A DNA stretch of 64,000 nt, taken from the human T2T-CHM13v2.0 reference genome, Homo sapiens. The stretch lies in NCBI RefSeq assembly GCF_009914755.1, contig NC_060945.1. One strand, given 5' to 3'. Position 1 is the first letter of the stretch. Every line of letters starts with the position of its first letter. The translations under genes and the position numbers were made by a program. Below are positions 11,901 to 23,158 of this stretch, one piece after another. The notes under the pieces are model-generated. The model did no database searches. It was not told where the DNA came from and worked only from the letters and a program-made list of their open reading frames with translations.

Positions 11901-12886
11901 TGGAATCGAATGGAATGGAATGGACTGGAATGTAATAGAATGGACTGGAATGAAATGGACTGAATGGAATAGACTAGAATGGAATGGAATCAAATGGAAT
12001 GGGCTCGAAGGAATGTATTCGAATGGAATGGAATCAAATGGAATGGAATAGAATGGAAGGGACTTGAATTGAATGGATTGTTACGGAACGGTATTGAATG
12101 GAAGGGAATGGAATGGATTGGAATGGAATGCAATGGACTGGAATGGAATAGACTCAAAAGGAATGGAATCGAATTGAATGGAATTGAACAGAAGGGAATC
12201 AAATGGAATGGAAGCGAATGGAATGGAACGGAATGGAATGGAATTGAATGGAAAATAAGGGAATATAATGGAATGGACTCTAATGGAATGGACTCAAAGG
12301 GAAGAGAATAGAATGGAATAGAATGGAATGGAATGGAATGGACACGAATGCAATTGATTGGAGTGGTGTGGAATGGAATGAAAGGGAATGGACTCTAATG
12401 GAATGGAACGCAATGAAATGGAATGGAAATCAATGGAAAGGAATCGAATGGAAAGGAATGGAATATAATGGAATCAAATGGAATGGAAGGGAATGGAATG
12501 GATTCGAATGGAACGTAATGGCATGAAATGGAAGGGAATTGAATGGAATGTATTGGAATGGAGTGGAATGGAATGGCATGGAATGGAATCAAAAAAATGG
12601 AATTGATTATCATAAAATCTAATGGAATGGAATAGAATATATTTGAATGGAATGGACTGGAATGGAATGGAATCAAAAAATTGGAATGGAGTGGAATGGA
12701 ATGTAGTGTAATGGAATGGAATGGAATGGACTTGAAAGGAATCAAATGTAATGGACTAGAATTGCGTGGAATTGTATGGAATGGAATGGAGTAAAATGGA
12801 GTGAACTGGAATGGAATGGAATAAAATGGAATGGAATCTAATGGAACGGAATCAATTGGAATGGCCTCGAATTGAATGGATCCGAA

Positions 12887-12901
12887 AGAATTTTCTCGAA
12901 T
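12887..12901. promoter_or_regulatory. Perfect 3-unit heat-shock element (candidate HSF1 site)
   Basis: aGAAttTTCtcGAAt fits nGAAnnTTCnnGAAn. Motif match only. Confidence 0.5.
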
Positions 12902-13896
12902 GGAATGGGAAGACTCGAATGTAATGAAACGGAATGGAATTGAATGGAATTGTATGCAATCGACTCGAACATAATCGACTGAATTGGAATGGAGTCAAAT
13001 GGAATAGAAGCGACTGCAATGGAATCAAATGGAATTTAATTGAACTGAAACAAATTCAATGGAATGGAATGGAATGGAAAGGAATTGAATGGATTGGTAT
13101 GGAGTGGAATGTAACGGACTCGAAAGGAATGTACACGAATGGAATGGAATTGAATGGATTGGAATCGAGTGGAATGATATCAAATTGAATTGAATCAAAT
13201 GGAATGGAATGGAATGGAATGGAATGTGACGGAATGGACTCAAATGGAATGGACTCAAAGGGAATGGAATAGAACAGAATGGAATGGAAAGGAATGGAAA
13301 CGATTTGAATGGAATGGGATGGATTCAAATGGAACGGAATGGAATGAAATGGAATGGAAGTGAATGGAATGTCATGGCATGGAATGGAATGGAATGTACT
13401 CGAAAGGAATGGAATGAAACGGACTGCAATGGAATGGAAAGTAGTGGAATCGAATGTAATGGAATGGCACGAGATGGAATCAAATGCAATGGAATCGAAT
13501 ATAATGTAATGTAAAGGAATGGAATGGAATGGAAACGAAAGGAATGGCATGGCACAGAAAGGAATGCAATGGATTCGAATTGAACCAAAAGGAATGCAAT
13601 GGAATGGAACTGAAAGGAATGGAATGGAATGGAATGGAATGGAATGGAATGGCCTTGAATGCAATGGAAAGGAATGGAAAAGAATGTACTAGAATGGAAT
13701 GGAACGGAATGGAATGGAATGGAATGGAATGGAATGGAATAGAATTGTATGGAATGCAATTGCATGGAATGGAATTGAACACAATGGAATGGAGTGGAAT
13801 GGAATGGAATGCACTTGCATGCAATGGAATCAAAAGGAATGGTATCGAATGGAATGGAATCGAATTCAAAAAATTGGAATGGAATGGCCTCGAAAG

Positions 13897-14125
13897 GAAT
13901 GGAATTGAAAGGAATGGAACGAAATGCAATCAAATGGAATCAAATGGAATTAAATGGACTGGAATGGAATAGACTGGAAAGTAATGGACTGGAATGGAAT
14001 GGAATCGAATGGAATTGAAAGTAATGGAACGAAATGCAATCAAATGGAATCAAATGGAATTAAATGGACTGGAATGGAATAGACTGGAAAGTAATGGACT
14101 GGAATGGAATGGAATCGAATGGAAT
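13897..14125 (+). repeat. 110-bp near-exact tandem duplication
   Basis: GAAATGCAATCAAATGGAATCAAATGGAATTAAATGGACTGG...AGACTGGAAAGTAATGGACT starts at 13921 and 14031. Confidence 0.93.
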
Positions 14126-17100
14126 GGAAACAAAAGGAATGGAATCAAATGGAATGGAATCCAATGGAATGGACTCTAATGGAATGGATTGGAATGGAAC
14201 GGTCTTGAAAGGAATGGAATTGAATGGAATGAAATGGAATAGTATTAAAGGCAATGGAATGAAATGGAATCGAATGGAAAGGAAAGGAATGGAGTGGGAT
14301 GGAATGGAAACGAATTGAATGGAATGGAATGACAAGGAATGGAATCGAATGAAATAGAATCTAATGGAATGGAATGGAATTGATTCAAATGGAATGTACT
14401 CGAATGGAATGGACTCAAATGGAGTGGAGTGTAATGGAATGGAAAGGACTCAAATATTATGGGCTGGAATGCAATGGACTCGAATGGAACGGACTCGAAT
14501 GGAATAAAATGGATTGGAATGGAATGGAAAGGAATGGACTTGAATGTAATGGGCTGGAATGCAGTTGATTGTAATGGAATGTATTTGAATGGAATGGCTT
14601 TCAATGTAATGTAATATAACCGAATGGAATGAAATGGAATGGAATGGGAAGGAATAGAATGGATTGGAAAGGACTCGAATGTAGTGGGCTCCATTGGAAT
14701 GGAATCCAAAGGAATGAAATAGAATGGAATGGAATCCAATGGAATGGAATAGAATGGATTGGAATCCAATGGAATGGAATCAAATGGAATGGAGTGGAAT
14801 GCGATGGACTCGAATGAAATGGACTGGAATGTAATTGTCTCTAATGGAAAGCAATGGAATGGAATGGAATCAAATCGAATGGAATGTAATCGATTGGAAT
14901 AGAATGGAAGTGAATGGAATGGACTCCCATGGAATGTACTCGAACAGAAAGCAATCAAATGGAATCGAATCAAATAAAATGCAATGGAATGGAATGGAAT
15001 GAAATGGAACGGAAAGGAACTGATTGAAAACAAACTGAATGGAATAGAATGGAATCCAAAGGATTCGAATGGAATGGAATGGAATGAAATGGAATTGAAT
15101 GGAATGGAAAGGAATGGAATCGATTCGAATGGAATGGAATGGCATGGAATGGAATCGAATAAAATGGAATGAAATTGAATGGAATGGGATGGAATGAAGT
15201 GGACTGGAAAGGATTCGAAAAGAATGGACTGGAATTGAGTGGAACTGTATGGAATGGAACGGACTCGAATGGAATGGAATCGAATGAAATGGAGTCGAAT
15301 TGAATGTGTCCAACTCGAACGCTGTCCAGTGTAATGTAATGGGATGGAAGGGAATGGAATTTAATGCAATGGAAAGACTAGAATGGAATAAAATGGAATG
15401 GAATGGAATGGAATAGAATGTAATGGACTGCAATGGAATGGACTCGAATGGAATGCACTAGAGTACAAAGGAATTGAATGCAATTTAATCGAATGGAATG
15501 AAATCCAATGGAATGGAATGGAATGCAATGCATTGGAACAGACTGGAATGTAATGTACTCGAATGGAATTCACACGAATGGAATGAAATTGAATGCAATC
15601 GATGCGAATGGAATGGAATCAAATCGAATGGAATGGAATGGAATGGAATGGAATGGAATAGATTATAATGGAAAAGAATAGAATGGAATGGAATGGAGTT
15701 GAATGGACTCGAATCGAATGGACTCAAAGGGAATGGAATGGAACATAATACAATGGAAAGGAATGGAATTGACTCGAATGGAAAAGAATGAAGTGGAATG
15801 GAATGGAATTGATCGCAATGGATTCCAATGGAATGGAAAGGAAAGAAATGGAATGGAATTGAATGGAATGCCCGGAAATCAATTGGAATGGAATGGCATG
15901 TAATGGAATCTAATGGAATCGAATTAAATGGAAAAGAATCGAATGAAATGGAAAGGAATTGAATAGAATGGATTTGAATGGAATGGAATGGAATTTAATA
16001 TAATGGAATGGACTGGAAATGAATGGAAGCGAATGGAATGGAATCGAATGGAATGGACTCGAATGGAATGGAATGGAATGGAATCGTCTCAAGTGGAATG
16101 GAATGGAATAGAATGGAATGGAATCGAATGAAACTGAATGGAATTTAACGGAATTGAATGGAATGGAATAGAATCGAATAGAAGGGAACCAAATGGAATG
16201 GTGTGTAATTGAATGAAGTAGAATGGAATGGACTCCAATGGAATGAACTCGAATGGATTGGAATGAAATGGAATGGAATGTTATAGAACGGAATCGAATG
16301 GAGTCAAATGGAATGGAATGGATTGGAATGGAATGGAATGGAATAGAATCAAATGGAATGGAATCACATGGAATGGACTGGAACGCAATGAACGGGAATG
16401 GAATTAACCCAAATGGAATAAACTCGAATGGAATGGATTGCAATGGAATGGAATCTGATGGAATGGAATAGAATGGAATGGACATGAATGGACTGAACTG
16501 GAATGGAACGGTCTCGAATGGAATGGAATCGAATGGAATGATATCAAATGGAATTGAATGGAACGGAAAAGATTGGAGTGGTATGGAATGAAATTGACAC
16601 AACTGAATTGACTGGAATGGAATGGAATGTACTCGAATGAAATGGACTGAATGGAATGGCCTCGAAAGGAATGGAGTCGAATGGAAAGGAATCGAAAGGA
16701 ATGGAATCCAATGGAATAGAATTACAAGGAATGGAAATGAATGGAATGGAATCAAATGGATGGGAATTGAATGGAATGGAAAGGGCTGGACTGGAATGGA
16801 ATGGACTCGAAAGGAATAGACTGGAATGGAACCCTCTGGAATAAAGTGGAGACGAATGGATTGGAATTCAAAGGAATGGATTCGAATGGAATGGAATCGA
16901 ATGGAATGGAACGGAATTGAAGGGAATAGAATGGACTTGAATGTAATTGACTGAATGGAACGGACTCAACAGGAATGGAATCGAATGGAATGGAATCAAA
17001 AGGAATGGACTCGAAAGGAAGGTAATCAAATGGAATGGAATCAAATGGAATACAATCAAACGGAAAGAACTACGATTGAATGGATCGGAAAGGAATGGTA

Positions 17101-18639
17101 TTGAATGGAATGGAAGTGAATGGAAAGGAATGGAGTGGAATGGAAGGTAATGGAATAGAATCGAATGGAATGGAAAAGAATGGAATGGAATGGAATGGAA
17201 TGGAATGGACTGCAATGGAATGGAATGTACTCGAATCTAGTGAACTGGAATAGAATGGATTAGAATGGAATGGAGTCGAACGGAACGGAATCAAATGGAA
17301 TGGATTCTAATGGATTTGAATCCAAAGAAACAAAAAAAAATCGAAAGCACTCTAATGAAAGGAAATTGAATGGAATGGAATATATTGGACTTGAGTGGAA
17401 TGGACTCGAAAGGAATGGACTTGACTGGAATCATCTTGATTAAAGTGGACCCAAATTGATTGGAATAGACAGGAATGGAATTGAAAGAAATAGAATCAAA
17501 TGGAGTTGACTCGAATGGAATGTAATCAAATGATAAGGAATCAGCTGGAATGGAATAGAATGGAATGGGCTTCAATTGAATGGATTTGAATGTAATTGTC
17601 TCGAATGGAATTGAATGGAATGGATAGGAGTGGAATAAAATGGAATGGAATGGAATGGAATGAAATGGAATGGAAAGGAATGGAATGGAATGGAATCGAA
17701 TCGAAAGGAATGGCCTGGAATGTAATTGCATGGAATGAAATCGAACTGAATAGAATCTAATGAAACGGAATGCAATTGATTCGAATGGATTGGACTGGAA
17801 AGGAATGGAATCGAACAAAATGAGATGGAATGGAATGGTATGGAATGGAATGGATTCGAATGGAAAGGAATGAAATTGAATGGAATAGAATGGAATGCAA
17901 TGGACTGGAAAGGATTCAAATGGAAAGGACTGGAATTCAGTGGAATCGTATGGAATGGAATAGAATGCAATGGAATGGAATGGAATGGACTCGAATGGAA
18001 TGCAGTCGAATAGAATGGAATCTAATGGAATGGAATCGAATGGAATGGACTCTAATTGAATGGATCAGAATGGAACTGTCTCGAATGCAAAGGAAAGGAA
18101 TGAAAAAGACTCGAATGGAAAGAAATGGAATGGAAAGGAAAGAAATGGAATGGAATAGAAATTTACTGATTCGAATGGAATGGACGGGAATGGAATGGAA
18201 TCACATGGAATGGAATGGAATGGAATGGAAGGGAATGGACTCAAATGTAATGGACTTGAATGAAAAGGACTCGAATGGAATGGAGCGAAATGAAATGGAA
18301 TGGAATGGAATGGACTCGAATGTAATGGACTGGAATGGCATGGACTCGAAGGGTATTGACTTGAATGGAATGCAATGGAATAGTATGGAATGGAATGGAA
18401 TCAAATGTAATGGACTGGAATGGAATGTACCCGAATGGAATGGACTCGAATGGAATGGATTCCACTGGAATGGAGTCGAATGGAATGCAATTGAAAGGAA
18501 AGGAATCGAATGGAATGGAATCAAAAGGAATGCAATCATGCACTAGAATGAATTGGACTTCTTTGGATTGGACTCGAATGGATAACAATTGAATGGAATG
18601 GAATTGAAAGGAATGGAATCAAATGGAATGGAATCGAAT

Positions 18640-18785
18640 CGAATGCATTGGAATGGAAGGGACTCAAATGGAATGGACTGGAATGGAATGGTCTTGAATG
18701 GAATGGAATCGAATGGAATGCATTACAATCGAAGGGACTCAAATGGAATGGACAGGAATGGAATGGTCTTGAATGGAATGGACTC
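18640..18785 (+). repeat. 75-bp tandem duplication
   Basis: GACTCAAATGGAATGGAC(T/A)GGAATGGAATGGTCTTGAATGG at 18661 and 18736. Confidence 0.85.
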
Positions 18786-19055
18786 TAATGGAATGGAATG
18801 GAAAGAATGGCATGGAATAGAATGGAATGGAATGGAATCGAATGTAATGGACTGGAATGGAATGGAATAGAATGGAATGGAATGGAATGGAAAGTAATGG
18901 ACTGGAATGGAATGGACTCGAATGAAATTGACTCGAATGGAATGGACTCCATTGGAATGGACTCCAATGGAATGCAATCGAATGGAATGCCAGCGAATGG
19001 AAGGGACTGGAATGGAATGGACTCGAATGGATTTGAATGGAATGGAATGGAATGT

Positions 19056-22000
19056 AATACAATGGAATGGAGTAGAGGGGAATGGAATGGAATGTATTGC
19101 AGTGGAATGGAGTGCAGTGCAGAGGAATGGAATGGGATGGAGTGGAATGAAATGGAATGGAAAGGAATGGAAGGAAATGGAGTGGAACAGAATGGAGTGG
19201 AATGGATTGCAGTGCAGAGGAATGGAATGGGATGGAGTGGAATGAAATGGAATGGAAAGGAATGGAAGGAAATGGAGTGGAATGGAATGGAGTGGAATGG
19301 AATTGAGTGGAATGCAATGGAATGGAATGGAATGGAGTGGAATGGAGTGTTGTGGGGTTGAGTGGAAATTAAAGGAATGGATTAGAATGGATTGGAGAGG
19401 AATTGGGTGGAATTGAGTGTAGTGGAATGGAATGGATTGAAGTGGAATGGAGTGGAGAAGCATGGAGTGGAATGAAGTAGAATGGAGTGGAATGGAGTGG
19501 ATTGCAGTGGAGTGAAATGCAGTAGAATGGAGTGGAATGTAGTGTAATGGTGTGGAATGGAGTGGAAAGTAGTGGAATGGAATGGAGTGGAGTGGACTGG
19601 AGAAGAGCAGACTGCAGTGGAGTGGAATGGAGTGGAATGGAATGCAGTGGAGTGGAACGGAATGGACTGGAATTGTATGGAGTAGAATGGAGTCCAGTGG
19701 AGTGGAATGGAATGGAGTGGATTGGAGTTTCGTAGAAGGAAGTGTAATGTGCTGGAGTGGAATGGAATGAAATGGAGTGGAGGGCAGTGGAGTGGAGTGA
19801 ATTGGAATGGAAAGTAATGGATTGGATTTCAGTCTAATGGAATGGAGTGGAATGGAATGAAGTGGAATCGAATTGAATGGAATGGAATGGATTGGATATG
19901 AGTGGAATGGAATGGAGTGGAATGGAAAGGAGTGGAATGGTTTTGAGAGGAATCGAATGGAATGGAATGGAATGGAATGGAGTGTAGAGTAGTGCATTGG
20001 AGTGGGATGGAAATGAATGGATTGGAATGTCATGGAATGGAATGGAAAGGAATGGAGTGGAGTGGAGAGCAGAGGAGCGGAATCCAAAGGAATAGAATGG
20101 AATAGAGAGGAATGGAATGGAGTGGATTGGAGCGCAGTGGAATGGAATGGAATGGAGTGGAGTGGAATGGAATGGAGTGGAGTGGAATGGAATGGAACGA
20201 AATGGAGGGCACTGGTTTTGAATGGAATGGAATGGAAAGCAATGGAATGGAATGGAACGGAAAGGAGAGGAGGGTAGCATAGTGGAGTGGAATGAAATGG
20301 AATACAATGGAATGGAAAGGAAAGGAATGGAATGCTATGGAATGGAGTGGACTGGAATGGAATGGAGTGGAGGGGAGTGGAATGGTTTGGAATGGATTGG
20401 AATGGAATGGAAGTGAATGGAATGGAATGGAAGGGAATAGAATGCAATGGAATGGAGTGCAGTGGAATGGAATGGAGAGGAGTGGAAAAGAATGGAATTG
20501 AATGGAGAAGAGTTGAATGGAATAGATTGGAGTGGAATATAAAAGAATGGAATGGAATGGAATGGAATGCAATGGAATTGAATGGAGTGCAGTGGAGTGG
20601 AGTGGATTAGTGTAGAATGGAATTGAATGGAACGGAATGGAATACAATAGAATGGATTAGAATGGAATGGAATGGAATGCAATGGAGTGGAATGGAGAGG
20701 AGTGGAGTGGAATGAAATGGAATTAAGAGGAGTGGAATGAAATGGACTGGAATGGAATATATTGGAATGGAGTGGAGTGGACTGGAATGGAATAGAGTAG
20801 AATGAAGCAAAGTGGAATGGAGTGGAGTGGAATGGCATGACATGGAATGGAATGGAATGGAGTTGAGTGGAGTGGAATGGAATGGAATGGAGTGTAGTGC
20901 AGGGGAGAGGAGTCGAGTGGAATACAGTGGAATGGAGTGGAATGGAATGGATTGCAGTTTAATGGAATGGAGCGGAATGGATTGGAGTGGAATGGAATGG
21001 ATTGGAATGGAGTGTAATAGAATGGTGTGGAGTGGAGTGGAATGGAATAGACTGGATTATTGTGGAGGGTAATGGAATGAAATTAAGTGGAGTGGAATGG
21101 AATGGAGTGGATTGCAATGGAGTGGAATGGAATGGAGTGGAAAAGAATGGAGTGAAATAGAGTGGAATCGAGTGGAGAAGACTGGAATTGATTTGAAAGG
21201 AATGGAGTGGAATGCAGGGAAGTGGAATGGTATGTATTGGAATGGAGTGGAGTGGAATTGAGTGGAATGGACTGGAGTGGAATGGAAGTTAACGGAATGG
21301 AATAGAATGGAATGGAATGGAGTTGAGTGGAATGGAACGGAATGGAATGGAATGGAGTGGATTGGAATGGAGTGGAATGGAATGGTGAGGAATAGAATGC
21401 AGTGCAGTGCATTGGAATGGAATAGAGTGGAATGGAGTGGTGTGGAATGGTATGGAATGCAGTAGAGTTTAACAGAATGTAGTGGAAGGACAGGGAATGG
21501 AGTGGAGTGTAATGGAATGGAATGCCGTGGAAAAGAATAGAATGGAGTTGAGTGGAATGGAATGAAGTGGAGTGGAATGGAGTGGCGTGGATTGCAATGC
21601 AATGGAGGCGAATGGAATGGTGTGTGAAATGTAATGGAGTGGATTGCTTGGAATGTAATGGAGTGGAATGGAGTTGAGTGGAATGGAATGGGATGGAGAG
21701 GAATGGAATGGAATGGAATGGAATGGAATGGAATGGAATGAAGTGGAATGGAGTAGAATAGAATGGAATGGGCTGGAGTGCTGTGGAATGGAATGGAGTG
21801 GAGTGGAGTGGTACGTAAATGAATGGAATAAAATGGAATGGAATGGAATGGAATGTAGTGGAGTGGAGTGAAGTGGAGTGGAATTGAATGGAATGGGATG
21901 GAGTGGAATTGAATAGAGTGAATGGAATGTAGTGGAATGGAATGGAGTGGAGTGGATTGGAATGAAATAGAGTGCAATGGAGTGGTGTGGAATGGGTTGC

Positions 22001-22225
22001 AATGGAGTGGAATTTAAGGTAATGCAGTGGATTGGCATGAAATGGAGTGGAGTGGAAGGGAATGGAATGCTGTAGAATGGAATGGAATGGAGTTGAGTGG
22101 AATGGAAAGAAGTGGAGTGGAAAGGAATGGCGTGGAGTCGAATGGAATGGAGTGGAATTGAATGGTGTGTGAAATGGAAAGCAGGATATTGAAGAGGAAT
22201 GTAACGGAGTGGAATGGAGCTGTGA
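19056..22225 (+). repeat. GGAGT-rich diverged satellite domain
   Basis: Switch to GGAGT/GCAGT/GTAGT/GAAGT pentamers; GGACTCGAAT essentially lost. Confidence 0.82.
19114..19285 (+). repeat. 95-bp tandem duplication at the domain boundary
   Basis: GCAGTGCAGAGGAATGGAATGGGATGGAGTGGAATGAAATGGAATGGAAAGGAATGGAAGGAAATGGAGTGGAA at 19114 and 19209. Confidence 0.88.
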
Positions 22226-22950
22226 GTGGAATGCAATCGAAAGGAATGGAATTGAATGGAATGGAATCGAGTAAAGTGGAATGGAATGTAAGCAAAAGGA
22301 ATGGACTAGAATGGAATGGTCTCGAATGGAATGGAATCGAATTGAATGGACTTGAAAGAACGGATTCGAATGGAATTAAATCAAATGGAATCGAATGCTC
22401 TGGAATGGAAAAGAATGGACTCGAATTTAATGGAATGAAATGGAATTCACTCAAATGGAATGGAATCGAAAGTAAGGATATCTAGTGGAATAGATTCTAA
22501 TGGAATGGAATCGAATTGAATGGACACGAATGGCATGAACTTGAATGGACATTTCTCGAATGGAATGGAATGGAATGGTGTGGAATGGAATGGACTCGAA
22601 TGGAATGGTCTCCAATGGAATGGAATCGAATGGAACGCAATCGAAAGGAATGGAATCGAATGGAATTGAATCGAATAAAGGGGAATAGAATGGACACGAA
22701 AGGATTATACTAGAATGGAACCATCTATAATGGAATGAAATTGAATAGAATGGAATTGAATGGATTGGATTCGAATAAAATGAAAAGGAATCGAATCGAA
22801 TGGACTGTAATGGAAAAGAATCGACTCGAATGTAATGGACTAGAATGAAATGCCTTCAAATGGAATAGAAACTAATGGAATGGAAGCTAAAGGAATGGAA
22901 TTGAATCAAATGGAAACGAAAGGAACGAATTGGAATGGAAAGGTCTCCAA
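22226..22950 (+). repeat. Short TCGAA-dialect island within GGAGT satellite
   Basis: Return of GGACTCGAAT, GGTCTCGAAT, GGAATCGAAT and GGACACGAA motifs for ~720 bp. Confidence 0.82.
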
Positions 22951-23026
22951 TGGAATGGAATGGAATACAATGGAATGGAATGGAATGGAAAGGAATGGAA
23001 TGGAGTGGAATGGAGTGGAATGGAAT

Positions 23027-23158
23027 GGAACGGTATGGAATGGATTGGATTGGAGTGCATTGCAGAGGAATGGAAAGGAACGGTATGGAATGGATTGGAT
23101 TGGAGTGCATTGCAGAGGAATGGAAAGGAACGGTATGGAATGGATTGGATTGGAGTGG
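23027..23158 (+). repeat. 50-bp exact tandem repeat (about 2.6 copies)
   Basis: CGGTATGGAATGGATTGGATTGGAGTG at 23031, 23081 and 23131; the first two continue CATTGCAGAGGAATGGAAAGGAA. Confidence 0.93.

Larger units (their letters stand above)
3576..19055 (+). repeat. CpG-rich HSat3 domain (GGAATCGAAT / GGACTCGAAT dialect, GGAGT-poor)
   Basis: Very frequent TCGAA, GGACTCGAAT, GGACTGGAAT, GGAATCAAAT and TCTAAT motifs. GGAGT is uncommon and there are no Alu fragments. Confidence 0.88.
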
